DNA of 56,402 nt from a virus (IMGVR_UViG_3300042882_000312:1-56402), one strand, 5' to 3'; shown: positions 36,459-45,654, numbered from the stretch's first letter. A program made the numbers and translations. Notes: a model not told the origin generated them from the sequence alone.

Positions 36459-37442
36459 TTACTTGGACACGTAGCCGTGGACCAAGGCTTCAGGCTTGGT
36501 GGTCTTGAAGCCGTACACGTTCAGGCCGCGCATGATGTTGCCGAACGTGGTCTGAGCACGCAGGCTCTCGACGTTGGTGATCTGCGAAGCGAACGAGATG
36601 GCGTCACGAGTGCCAGCCATGATGTTCCAGGCCGACTTGTCGGCTGCGCCACCAGTGCCGCCAGCAGCAGCGTCCGAGCCCAGGTCGGTGACCTTGGACA
36701 GGTTGTTGCTGATGTACACGGTGAAGCGGTCGATCATGCCGATCTTGCCGTTGCGCAGCGGGGTCACGCTGTCACCGGTCAAGTAGGCCTGCTTCAAGTC
36801 AGAGCGCTTGATCATGCTTGCCATCCAGGCGGGCAACACCATCCAGCGGCCGTCTTCAGGCACGTTCTGCTCGTCCAGCACCTGGCCCATGTCCAGGATC
36901 ATGTCCAGGACGTTGTCCTTGGTGACTGCGCGAGGAGCACCCACGGCACCCAGGTTGATGTCGCCAGAGATGGCACCAGCGGTGGCACCCTTGTTGGCGG
37001 CAGCAGCGTCTGCGTACACAGAGCCCAGGACGTCGCCGTCGATGGCGATCTTCATCTGCTGACTTGCGTCGTTGGTGAAGATGTCCATCAGCTTGACGTC
37101 GGCCTGCACTTCATCCACGTCGTCCAGAACGACTTGGAAGTACTTGCCCTTGTCGATGTTCAGTTCCAGCGGAGTGCTGGTAGGAACTTGCGACGTCAGG
37201 TTCATACCCTTCGTGTAGTTGCTGATGTTGATGGTTGGGATGGTGCGGATGTGGACCTTGTCGCCTTGGCCCTTGATCTCGCCTTCCCAATCGTTGTTGG
37301 TGATCTCGCCCAACACGGTGGACTTGTAGAACTTGACCTGGAGCTTGCCCGACCAGACTTCAGGGATGAAGCCGGAAGCGCCGCTGTAGGAGTCAACACC
37401 GGAACCTGCGCCGTAACGGTCGCCAGAAACTGCAACTGACAT
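36459..37442 (-). CDS. Major capsid protein
   Basis: FIPEVWSGKL..EGEIKGQGDKVHI, LDEQNVPEDGRW, RGLNVYG; follows scaffold. Confidence 0.92.
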   Translation of the reverse strand: MSVAVSGDRYGAGSGVDSYSGASGFIPEVWSGKLQVKFYKSTVLGEITNNDWEGEIKGQGDKVHIRTIPTINISNYTKGMNLTSQVPTSTPLELNIDKGKYFQVVLDDVDEVQADVKLMDIFTNDASQQMKIAIDGDVLGSVYADAAAANKGATAGAISGDINLGAVGAPRAVTKDNVLDMILDMGQVLDEQNVPEDGRWMVLPAWMASMIKRSDLKQAYLTGDSVTPLRNGKIGMIDRFTVYISNNLSKVTDLGSDAAAGGTGGAADKSAWNIMAGTRDAISFASQITNVESLRAQTTFGNIMRGLNVYGFKTTKPEALVHGYVSK

Positions 37443-37468
37443 ATCAATACCTCATAGAGCTGTGTCCG

Positions 37469-38413
37469 TCATCGCACTCGTTGTTCGCGAATGGCGGACT
37501 GGATTTCTGCATCAATGGCAGAAGCCTGCTCCTCGGTGTAAGCGCCGCGACGATCTGCTGCGTAGAACGCTGCGATCTCAGCACGGGTCCAGAGCTTCTT
37601 CCCCTTGGGGACATCTGGAGTCCGCGTGGCTTCAGGAGCCACTTGCGATTCCAACGAGGCCGAGCTTTCTGCCGACCTGTCTTGGTGAACCTTCTTGAAC
37701 GCTTTGAAGAATCTGGCAACACGATCTGCATCGCGCTTCTCTTCGGCCTGCGACAGGATGTCTTGACGTTGTGAGCCAGTGAGGTCATCGACTTCACTCA
37801 GCCAGGTGTGGAACTCTGGGTCGTCGTTGATGGTCTGCCAGTCAGGCACTTGCGACGCGAGCCGGTCGTAGAAGCTGACTTCCACGTTGGCGTTTGTTGC
37901 ACCCATCAGCGATTCCAGCTTTCGCTGGAGTTCTTTGACCTCGCCGTCCTTCGCCTGCACCTCTTCACGAGCTGCGCGGCGGATCAGATCAACGAGTGGT
38001 TCGCCGAACTCACTCACCTCTTCGGTACTGACCAGCTTCTCTTGCGGAGCAGCCATCCGTACCTTCAACGCTTCCACCTCTTCGGTCAGGCTATTCAACT
38101 TTGAATCACGCTCCTTGATCGCAGCATGCAGTCGCGGAACTTCGGCGTTGTACTTGCCGGACAGCGTTTTGAATCGCGCTTCCCACTTCTCGTCTCCCTC
38201 TGCGCTTGCGGGCGCGGCCGGGGTGGTAGGGGTTGCAGCGGGTGCCTGCGCTGTCTGTTCGCTCGGGGTCACCATAGTGGGCAACTCCGGATTCGGCACG
38301 ACGGGTGGCGTCCCATCGGCTTGTGGCTGCTGCGGCTGTCGAGCCTGTTGCAGTCGTTGAAGAGCTTCTTCTGCCTTTCTTTCCGCCTCAATGACGGCGC
38401 GTGGTAGGTTCAA
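37469..38413 (-). CDS. Capsid scaffolding protein
   Basis: GKYNAEVPRL, PDWQTIN..F..WL; upstream of capsid gene. Confidence 0.8.
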   Translation of the reverse strand: MNLPRAVIEAERKAEEALQRLQQARQPQQPQADGTPPVVPNPELPTMVTPSEQTAQAPAATPTTPAAPASAEGDEKWEARFKTLSGKYNAEVPRLHAAIKERDSKLNSLTEEVEALKVRMAAPQEKLVSTEEVSEFGEPLVDLIRRAAREEVQAKDGEVKELQRKLESLMGATNANVEVSFYDRLASQVPDWQTINDDPEFHTWLSEVDDLTGSQRQDILSQAEEKRDADRVARFFKAFKKVHQDRSAESSASLESQVAPEATRTPDVPKGKKLWTRAEIAAFYAADRRGAYTEEQASAIDAEIQSAIREQRVR

Positions 38414-38539
38414 TTTTTTCTCCTAGAGCCTTCACATTCCTTTGGGAGCCCTATTAGGGTTTTCCCTTACGGTTGATCCGGTGTTCTCGGTGCCAGCAAA
38501 TGCCGCTGCTGGACAGGCGGGTTGCCCCGACGGGGCGAA

Positions 38540-38773
38540 TCACTTCATCTTGTAGAGCGTGTCCCGGGCGGCTCGCTTCTTTTCGAGAAGCTCACTGATT
38601 GCCTGGGATGCTCCCTGGTTCCACCTGGTCTGAACTTCATCCCGGGTGGAATCATTGAGGGTGCGTATCTCGCTCAACGACTCGTCGAGCCACTTACACA
38701 CTTCCTCGAACTCACTGTTGCCATCCAAGGATGCCAACGCTGCGATAACTCTAGCTGGTGGTTTTGAAAGCAT
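38540..38773 (-). CDS. Hypothetical protein
   Basis: Small helical ORF between portal and scaffold. Confidence 0.7.
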   Translation of the reverse strand: MLSKPPARVIAALASLDGNSEFEEVCKWLDESLSEIRTLNDSTRDEVQTRWNQGASQAISELLEKKRAARDTLYKMK

Positions 38774-39522
38774 CAGCGCTTAGGCAGCAATGTTTTTGGA
38801 TCGACCTCGCCTGGGCGGGTGTCGCGCAGGATGCGGTCTTGGCCACGAGGGCTTGTTGCTGGCGCAGTGGTGCGGAGCTTGTAGCCCATCAAGCGGTTGG
38901 TCTCGGCAGCGCTCTGGTCGTTGCTCATTGACTTGCTGCTCAGGCGCTTGGACTCAGCAGCAGACTCATCAGGCGCGGATGCGCGTGTGGTTGAGCCAGA
39001 TACCGAAGACGTTGCGCGGCGACGAGCTGGCGCTGTGGACCGGGCGGGGGAGCTCGAGGCTTCTGACGCCAAGGAATACGCAGGGGTGTTGTCGCCGGAG
39101 CCCGCCTCGTTGAATGCGCCGAGGTCGTCGGTAGCCTTCACTTCTACTGGAGCCGCAGCGGGGGGTGTCAAGCGAGTTGAGGAGCGGATTGCCAACTCCT
39201 CGCTGGCCGCTTCGCTGTCCATCCTGCCCCGACCAGCGCCGAAGCGGTTGTACGCCTCGCTACCAGCTTGGTCGATGTTGCCCATGCGCATGCGCTCGAA
39301 GAAGCCGACCTTCTCGTCCTTGGACGCCTCGAGGCCGCGAGCTTTGTAAGACTCTTCGGTGTCGCCGTCAGCCAGGCGCAGAGGCTTGGCCATGCTCTTG
39401 CTCTGCGGAGCGGGGGCGCTGTGAAAGAGTGGGCCACAGTCCTTGCGGCTGGGCGTGGTGGTGGGACCGGAGGCTCCGGTCTTCTTCATGTTCTGGCGAG
39501 ACCAGTCAGGTACGAATCCCAT
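38773..39522 (-). CDS. Hypothetical low-complexity protein
   Basis: Ser/Ala/Pro-rich ORF with GAGG RBS. Confidence 0.65.
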   Translation of the reverse strand: MGFVPDWSRQNMKKTGASGPTTTPSRKDCGPLFHSAPAPQSKSMAKPLRLADGDTEESYKARGLEASKDEKVGFFERMRMGNIDQAGSEAYNRFGAGRGRMDSEAASEELAIRSSTRLTPPAAAPVEVKATDDLGAFNEAGSGDNTPAYSLASEASSSPARSTAPARRRATSSVSGSTTRASAPDESAAESKRLSSKSMSNDQSAAETNRLMGYKLRTTAPATSPRGQDRILRDTRPGEVDPKTLLPKR

Positions 39523-39530
39523 GTGTCACC

Positions 39531-39758
39531 TCACTTCTTTGGCTTGCCAGTCGCCTTGTCGGCGTACTGCTTGGGGGACATCTTGCCGCTGGCCAGGGCT
39601 TTACCCTTGGCCATCAGGGCACCCTTGGACTTGGAGTCGCCTTCGGCTTTTTCCTTGGCGGCGTATTGGGCGGGCGTGACCTTGCCGGACTTCACGGCCT
39701 TTGCTTCGGCCATTTCTTCCTTCTTGGTCTGCTTGCCTGCGAATGGTTTGAATGCCAT
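39531..39758 (-). CDS. Small Lys-rich protein with internal duplication
   Basis: KAVKSGKVTPAQYA / KALASGKMSPKQYA; GGAG RBS. Confidence 0.7.
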   Translation of the reverse strand: MAFKPFAGKQTKKEEMAEAKAVKSGKVTPAQYAAKEKAEGDSKSKGALMAKGKALASGKMSPKQYADKATGKPKK

Positions 39759-39767
39759 GTTGGCTCC

Positions 39768-41786
39768 TTATTGCATGAGGTTGGCTTCGCCGCCTGCGGG
39801 ATTGCCAGCAGCGTCTAGTGTCATTGGTGCTTTGGCCTGCTGTTGCTGGCCACCCATCATCTGGGCCTGCTGCATCATTTGCTCGGCCATCTGCTTTTGC
39901 TGACGGAACTCGAGCTGCTCGGTGGTGGGCACCAGCTTGTCGGTGTCCATCTGGAGGCTCTTGGCCACTTCGCGCAGCAGGTAAGAGCGACCCATCGGGC
40001 CGATGATCTGGAGGTCGACAGGGTTGGCCGTCGCCTGCAAGAACTCGTTGCGGCGGACCTGGAGCTGCTCCTTGGCAACCAGACCCATTGCGCCACGGGC
40101 GATGACCTTGAAGTCGCCTTTGCACGCAGCGTCAGCGTCGTAGATCATGTTGTGGATGTACAGGCGCTCGACCAGTGCAGCGACCACGGTGTCGATCGAA
40201 CCGATCGCCGCCTTGATACCCTTGGCTGCGTTGTCCATGAGCATGCTCAGGCCAGACGCCGTGCGACCCACGCCACCGCCACCTGTGTTGCCGTAGACGT
40301 AGTTCGGGATGCCCGTGACTTCGTCGGCCTGGCGGCTGAAGTATTGGTAGACGCTCATCAGCGCCTCGGCGTTCATGTTCGGCTGGAAGAACCGGACGGC
40401 AGGCTGGCCACCGCCAGTGCGGTCAGACGTGGTCTGCCAAATCTTCCAAGGGAACATCGAGGTGACGTCCTCGCCGTCAGGCAGGCGGTCGACGTGGACC
40501 TCGGCCTGCGGGCCAGAGGCGATGCCCATGTTGTTGGCCAGCGATCGAGCCGCGGCGTTGCACAGCACCTGGGTGTCACGCATCTGCTCGGGCAGGGCGG
40601 AGCCCCAGAAGCTGCCAGGGATCGGAACCCACTGAGCGATCTCGTAGGGACGACGGCCGAGTGGGTCGGGGTTCAGGATCGCCTTGATGACGAACGGACC
40701 GATCACCCAGATGTTTGCCTCGTACTCCTTGTACGGGTCGAGCTTCTTGCCCTTGTAGCCCCACTGGTTGAGCATGCGGCCGGAGACCGAACCCCAATAC
40801 TCGACGGCCTCGATCACGTCCTTGGTGTACAGGCGTGAGTGAGGCTTGCCTTCCAGGCGATCGCGCTCTTGGTCGCCCATGAGCCACTGGCGGAAACCCG
40901 TGTCGCCGAAGCGCTCGAGCACCTGGTCGATGTCGTCGTTGCTGTAGCCGGGGGTGCCCTTCATGGACTCGAGGGCTGCGCGGCTCAAGCGGTGGCGCTC
41001 GATGAAGTAGCCGTCGTGGATCGTGCTCGAGCTGGGTGATGGGAAGGCGTCGTGCGGGGAGACGCGCTCAACCTTGCGCACGAAGTCGGTCAGGATGATC
41101 GGCTTGTACCCAGGCCCCCACTTCATCACCTTCTTGCGGCGCACCACCGGACCCTTGAGGATGGCGGTGGGGTAGGTGACGAAGTCGTCGATGAACTCGC
41201 GGAACGCAGGATCAAAGCCGCCCTGGTTGAGCTGGTCCTCGATCTTGTTCTCCATGCGGAAAGCCTTCTGCTTGGCCTCCTCGCGCAGCTTGTCCATGAT
41301 CTCGTCCTGGACCTGCTCCATGCGGACGCGGAAAGCTTCGGGGTGAACCTGGCCACCAGCGGCCACGAACTCCTGCATTTCGAGGCGAACCAGGTCCACG
41401 ATGCCAGCCGAAATCTCGGGAGGCAGCTCGGGCTCGCGGGCAGGGTCCAGGTTGAAGGCTCGGCGCCCGCCGCTGACCATCACGTCGATGATCCAGTTCG
41501 CCGCTGCCCGGGACTTCACGTCCGTGATGCGCATGTAGATGTCAGAGCCGCCGGTCTTGGCGATGTCCATCGCCTTGTCCGGGTCGTAGACGCCGCGCCG
41601 CTGACGTTCGCACTGGAGCAAACGCTCAGTGATCTCGGTCTTGGCAAACTTGGCCCGACTCCAGGCGTCATTGACGTGAGCGGCAAGCTCTGTGCCGATC
41701 GTGTCGATGAGCTGATTCTTCTCGTCAACGAGGACTTCAACCTCGACGGGTGGCTGCACGGCAGCCATTGCGAGTCCCATTTTCAT
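39768..41786 (-). CDS. Portal protein
   Basis: ~670 aa after terminase; PGSFWG, ADEVTGIP, RTASGLSMLM; Gln-rich tail. Confidence 0.9.
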   Translation of the reverse strand: MKMGLAMAAVQPPVEVEVLVDEKNQLIDTIGTELAAHVNDAWSRAKFAKTEITERLLQCERQRRGVYDPDKAMDIAKTGGSDIYMRITDVKSRAAANWIIDVMVSGGRRAFNLDPAREPELPPEISAGIVDLVRLEMQEFVAAGGQVHPEAFRVRMEQVQDEIMDKLREEAKQKAFRMENKIEDQLNQGGFDPAFREFIDDFVTYPTAILKGPVVRRKKVMKWGPGYKPIILTDFVRKVERVSPHDAFPSPSSSTIHDGYFIERHRLSRAALESMKGTPGYSNDDIDQVLERFGDTGFRQWLMGDQERDRLEGKPHSRLYTKDVIEAVEYWGSVSGRMLNQWGYKGKKLDPYKEYEANIWVIGPFVIKAILNPDPLGRRPYEIAQWVPIPGSFWGSALPEQMRDTQVLCNAAARSLANNMGIASGPQAEVHVDRLPDGEDVTSMFPWKIWQTTSDRTGGGQPAVRFFQPNMNAEALMSVYQYFSRQADEVTGIPNYVYGNTGGGGVGRTASGLSMLMDNAAKGIKAAIGSIDTVVAALVERLYIHNMIYDADAACKGDFKVIARGAMGLVAKEQLQVRRNEFLQATANPVDLQIIGPMGRSYLLREVAKSLQMDTDKLVPTTEQLEFRQQKQMAEQMMQQAQMMGGQQQQAKAPMTLDAAGNPAGGEANLMQ

Positions 41787-43243
41787 GTCCACCCCTTACT
41801 GGATGCGCTGACCACCTGGCGAGCCCGAACGGGTCTCAGGCCATCACGCACCCGCATGCACAAATATTGGAGAGCGTCGTGAGGATGAGAGAACTGATCC
41901 TTCACGGGGCGGTCCCTGTATCGTGCCGAGCCTGAAATCTTCATGCGCTCGTAGCGGTAGCGACCATTGAAACCTTTTCGCAGAGTCGTGCATCGAGGGT
42001 CCAGCAAGAAGGCCGGACCGCCGTCGATCATCCGCGTGAGGAAGTACGCCACTGATTCTCGCCGGGGTATCCAGTCGTTGGTGCCCGCGGGCTCAGTGGG
42101 AATGCCGATCTCGGCCAGCTCCATGAAGCAGGTCCGAGTGTCTGTCTGTGCGCGGATCGCGCCAGCAGGGTCGCCGTCGCTGAACCGCATGAAGCCGCTG
42201 TAGCGGTTGACCAGGATCGGGCGCACCACGTCAGAGGCGAACTCCCGAATACCCATGTCCTCGCTGATGATCTCCTCGAGGATGTGCAGTCGGCCGTTGG
42301 GCATTTGCTGGCCGATGATGCACGCCGGGGTGAGACCGAAGTCCCAGCCCAGGATGATGGGCAGGCCACGCACGGGCTCGAGGTTCTTCTCGCTGACATG
42401 GACCCGATCGTTCCACTCTGCGAAGACGGGCTTGCCGTCAGCGGTGGTGCCGTAGTTGCCAAGCAGGAAGACGTTGATCCAGGTGTCTTGTTTGCCGCCG
42501 AGCTGCTGAAGGTAGTAGCCGTGCCCGTTGGGCAGGTTGTCGATGTTCTCGGCTTCGGGGTTGGGCTTGTAGGCGTCTTCGTCGTGGTCGTAGTACAGAC
42601 CACCGGGTTGACGGAAGAACTTCCAGCCCTTGGGTGTTTCCTGCTCAGCGATCTGATACCACCAGTGGTCGTCGTCTGGTGGGTTGGTGTCCATGATGAC
42701 GCCGCACCAGGTAGGCCCGCCCTTGAGCTTCGAGGGGAAGCGGCCGACACGCTGGGTACACATGTCGAAGACGGCCTTGGGAATTTCTGAGGCTTCGTTG
42801 ATCCAGGCCCCGGTCAGTTCGAGGGAGCGCAGCTTGCCGGTGTCGAGCTCAGAGTCGAGCGCCAGGAAGATGACCTCGAGCTCCATCGCGGTGCCATCGC
42901 CGATGTCGTCGATGCGCATGAAGCTGGTGATGGGGGTGTCCCAGCGGATGGGGGCTACGTTCTGCGGGAACCAGGTCTGCCACGTCTTGATGGTCGTGGA
43001 CTTCAGTTCGGGGTAGGTGTTCCGAATGACTGCCCATCGGGACCTACGGACACCGTCGTAGTAGGGTGCTTGAGCGATAGCACGCATGACGATTTCAGAG
43101 CAGCAGGCAGAGGACTTGCCGCTACCAACAGGCCCCATGAGACCTCGTACGAAACCGGAGTCGTGATGAAATTCGGAAGCGACAGGGCCAGGCGGATAGT
43201 AGTTGACCGCCCCTTCGTCGACATATTCGGCGACCTCGGTCAT
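41783..43243 (-). CDS. terL: Terminase large subunit
   Basis: Walker A GPVGSGKS, WINEASE, DTNPP, GWDFG, HPHDALQY. Confidence 0.95.
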   Translation of the reverse strand: MTEVAEYVDEGAVNYYPPGPVASEFHHDSGFVRGLMGPVGSGKSSACCSEIVMRAIAQAPYYDGVRRSRWAVIRNTYPELKSTTIKTWQTWFPQNVAPIRWDTPITSFMRIDDIGDGTAMELEVIFLALDSELDTGKLRSLELTGAWINEASEIPKAVFDMCTQRVGRFPSKLKGGPTWCGVIMDTNPPDDDHWWYQIAEQETPKGWKFFRQPGGLYYDHDEDAYKPNPEAENIDNLPNGHGYYLQQLGGKQDTWINVFLLGNYGTTADGKPVFAEWNDRVHVSEKNLEPVRGLPIILGWDFGLTPACIIGQQMPNGRLHILEEIISEDMGIREFASDVVRPILVNRYSGFMRFSDGDPAGAIRAQTDTRTCFMELAEIGIPTEPAGTNDWIPRRESVAYFLTRMIDGGPAFLLDPRCTTLRKGFNGRYRYERMKISGSARYRDRPVKDQFSHPHDALQYLCMRVRDGLRPVRARQVVSASSKGWT

Positions 43244-43482
43244 TCAGCCTTCGGCTTCGGGGCCGTATTGAGGTTGAACGTGATGCCTTGAGCGCTGGTC
43301 TCGATCTTCACGTCCGACAGGTTTGGCAGGCTCTTGTCCATGAGGACTTTGATGGCCTGGACCTGCTGGGTCGAGAGATCGACTTTGCCCATAGCGCAGT
43401 CGGTCAAGCGGTTGATCAACGAGCTGACCTGGATTTTCTTTCGCACATCCTCTTGATGCGTCTTGCGGAGTCTTGCTGCCAT
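43240..43482 (-). CDS. terS: Terminase small subunit (putative)
   Basis: MAARLRKTHQEDVRKKIQ; coupled to terL; GAGG RBS. Confidence 0.65.
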   Translation of the reverse strand: MAARLRKTHQEDVRKKIQVSSLINRLTDCAMGKVDLSTQQVQAIKVLMDKSLPNLSDVKIETSAQGITFNLNTAPKPKAE

Positions 43483-43538
43483 ATCAACCTCTGTGGTTAT
43501 GTCGGTGGCTTTGCGAGGATTGTGGCTGGTGGTTTGAA

Positions 43539-43624
43539 TGGCGGAGCCTGAAGGAATCGAACCCTCACCTGTCGCCAAGTGGCCGAGGGTTCAAGCCCCG
43601 TTTGTGCCCTGCACGCCAGGCTCC
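43539..43624 (-). tRNA. tRNA-Ser(TGA), non-canonical 8/4 allo-tRNA-like fold
   Basis: GGAGCCTG/CAGGCTCC acceptor, G discriminator, CCA; D arm GTGC-AGG-GCAC; loop CTTGAAC; long variable arm; T arm AGGG-TTCGATT-CCTT. Confidence 0.8.
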
Positions 43625-43628
43625 GAAT

Positions 43629-43702
43629 TGGCATACCCCCAAGGACTCGAACCTTGACCAGCGGTTTTGGAGACCGCCGTGCTGCCGTTACACCAGGGGC
43701 AC
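43629..43702 (-). tRNA. tRNA-Trp(CCA)
   Basis: GCGGT-CTCCAAA-ACCGC anticodon arm; GGTTCGAGTCC; CCA end. Confidence 0.9.
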
Positions 43703-43705
43703 ATG

Positions 43706-43781
43706 TGGCTGTCCGGGTAGGCATCGAACCTACGCACACCGCCTTAACAGGGCGGCGCTCTACCGACTGAGCTACCGGACA
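43706..43781 (-). tRNA. tRNA-Asn(GTT)
   Basis: TAGCTCAGTCGGTAGAGC D arm; CCGCC-CTGTTAA-GGCGG; CCA end. Confidence 0.92.
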
Positions 43782-43800
43782 AAAATCTTCAGGGGGATGA

Positions 43801-43887
43801 TGGTGGGGGTGGAAGGATTTGAACCTTCTCGACTCTTGGTCAACGGGTTTACAGTCCGCCGCGCCTCACCATCTGCGCCGCACCCCC
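43801..43887 (-). tRNA. tRNA-Tyr(GTA)
   Basis: CTGTAAA loop, variable arm, GGTTCAAATCC, ACCA end. Confidence 0.9.
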
Positions 43888-43941
43888 ATGAGCGGGGGTG
43901 TCAATACGACGAGGGTGTCGTATTACGCCAAGAGTTTGAAT

Positions 43942-44017
43942 TGGTCTGGGTGACAGGGATCGAACCTGCGGCCTCACGCTCCCAAAGCGCGTGCTCTACC
44001 TTCTGAGCTACACCCAG
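43942..44017 (-). tRNA. tRNA-Pro(TGG)
   Basis: TTTGGGA loop; GGTTCGATCCC; ACCA end. Confidence 0.92.
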
Positions 44018-44057
44018 AGAAGTCGGTCGCGGTTGAGAAACGGTTTGCATGGGACGA

Positions 44058-44063
44058 ATTATA
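44058..44063 (-). promoter_or_regulatory. Putative -10 box of the tRNA/late transcript
   Basis: Perfect TATAAT on the minus strand ~40 nt upstream of tRNA-Pro; no clear -35. Confidence 0.5.
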
Positions 44064-44481
44064 TCGAGCTTTGGCGGCTTATCCCTGTTGGCTAAACCAG
44101 GGTAAACCCTATAAGGAGGGTGACCCGTGACGTGGGTCAGTCGGCGTGGTCACCGGGCGAAAGGAAGTCGCGGAGAAACTCCCAGCCCACGCTGCGGTGG
44201 TTATCTCCCCACCAGCCGCTGGGGTCATGACACCCTCTGCAAGGCGCACAAATGCAGTGTGACTGGTGGTCTTTACCAGGGTCAAAACAAAAACCTGGCA
44301 TGGTCTTTGCTGTATTAAGGTATATAAGGATAAAGGTATCCCATAGGAATACCGGTATCCTTAGACAATGTACTCAATAATGCGTAAGCATTATGGTTTT
44401 CTAACCTATGGTTATCCACGTAGTGGGATATAACCAGAATACCGTAAGGTAACCATAGGCTGGATACCGGTATCTACGGCG

Positions 44482-44754
44482 TCAAACCGGAATTTGACCG
44501 CGCTTGACGTGTTCGGCTGCGCCAGCAAAGGCCAGCAGGAGCTGCTTGGCCAGCTTCATCAGGTCGTCTTGACCCCCGAACTCACGCAGATCGAGCTCTG
44601 ACTCGAAGGCATGAGGCTCACCGTAGACCAAAACGGTCCCGTGAAGCTTCACATGCCACGGCGCATAGACGAATTGACTCGTCTCATCCACGCAAACTTC
44701 CCTCAACGGCTCGAACTGTCGCAGGAAACCCTGCATCTCAACGGCTGTCAGCAT
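44482..44754 (-). CDS. Hypothetical protein
   Basis: MLTAVEMQGF with GGAG RBS. Confidence 0.7.
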   Translation of the reverse strand: MLTAVEMQGFLRQFEPLREVCVDETSQFVYAPWHVKLHGTVLVYGEPHAFESELDLREFGGQDDLMKLAKQLLLAFAGAAEHVKRGQIPV

Positions 44755-45214
44755 GTCTTTCTCCGGTTGTTGTGAAAAAAACATTCTGACCGGGGTTCCT
44801 GAAGGCCCCCCATAGTCCTTTTTCTGGGTCCGGTAGGGGGGTAGTACCAACCACACCGTTTTGACGCAGCCACGGGCCTAAATAAGCGTCCTGGATGGGG
44901 AGATATGACTCCCGCACGAGTGATCCTATACGTGCTGGAGTCCTCATACCCCCCGGTATACCCCACGGTGTCCACTAGGCCACCCCCTCCAGCTCACCAC
45001 CATCCCTTCCTGATCCATAGTCCGTAGTAACCCTAGGTATTTCAATGGGTTATCTACCGTCTGTGTACTTTTTAGGTCCGTTGTCTACCTTTCTTTGGGA
45101 GAAAGGTAGCCAACTTGAGTTGTTTATATGGGTTTTGATCTGTAGGAAACGACTCTTGTATGTGTTTCCTTATATCTCAACCCCCTAACCCCTTGATTTA
45201 AAAAGCAAATCACC

Positions 45215-45352
45215 ATGAAACCACCCATTGCCAAACCCTATTCTGAGTACCTTTCCTACTGCCACAGACGTGGGCTTCGACCAGCACCTCTGGTTACGTA
45301 CACACAGATGCTTAAAGCAAACATAAACCCCTTCACAACTACATGGAGCTAA
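45215..45352 (+). CDS. Small hypothetical protein (45 aa; not in the ORF track)
   Basis: MKPPIAKPYSEYLSYCHRRGLRP; first plus-strand ORF of the early region. Confidence 0.45.
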   Translation: MKPPIAKPYSEYLSYCHRRGLRPAPLVTYTQMLKANINPFTTTWS

Positions 45353-45354
45353 TC

Positions 45355-45534
45355 ATGCTGCTCGTCATTGCTGCCCTCGCCTTAGTTGGCATCGTTCCCG
45401 GCTTTTACTTCGCATTCCCGTTTCTGGTTATCAACCTCGGGTTGCCATTCATCGTCGGCTTTGCGCCGTGCTTTGTGCTGGTTGGCGTCTTCTGCTGGTG
45501 CGTCCACCGCTACGAGATCAACACCTACCGTTGA
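45355..45534 (+). CDS. Small two-TM membrane protein
   Basis: Very hydrophobic; GGAG RBS. Confidence 0.6.
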   Translation: MLLVIAALALVGIVPGFYFAFPFLVINLGLPFIVGFAPCFVLVGVFCWCVHRYEINTYR

Positions 45535-45654
45535 CTGTGGTTTGCGTGAGCCTGTGGGCTTACGAGCCGAATTCTGTCTGGCTCTCCTGCGGAGAGAGCC
45601 AGCCAGCTTTCTCTTGTGTTTTTTGTTCTCAACCCTTTGTAAAGGAACCTCATC

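Noticed and set aside
36477-37439. 320-aa plus-strand ORF (likewise 8546-9430, 17445-18455, 39843-40838, 51723-52586)
   Set aside because: Antisense to well-supported genes; shadow ORFs.
43240-43578. 112-aa version of the terS ORF and ORFs over 43473-44006
   Set aside because: They overlap tRNA genes; the RBS supports the start at 43482.
43539-43624. Selenocysteine or opal-suppressor tRNA
   Set aside because: On the strand carrying the T loop and CCA the anticodon reads UGA (Ser), not UCA; TGA is used as a normal stop across the genome.
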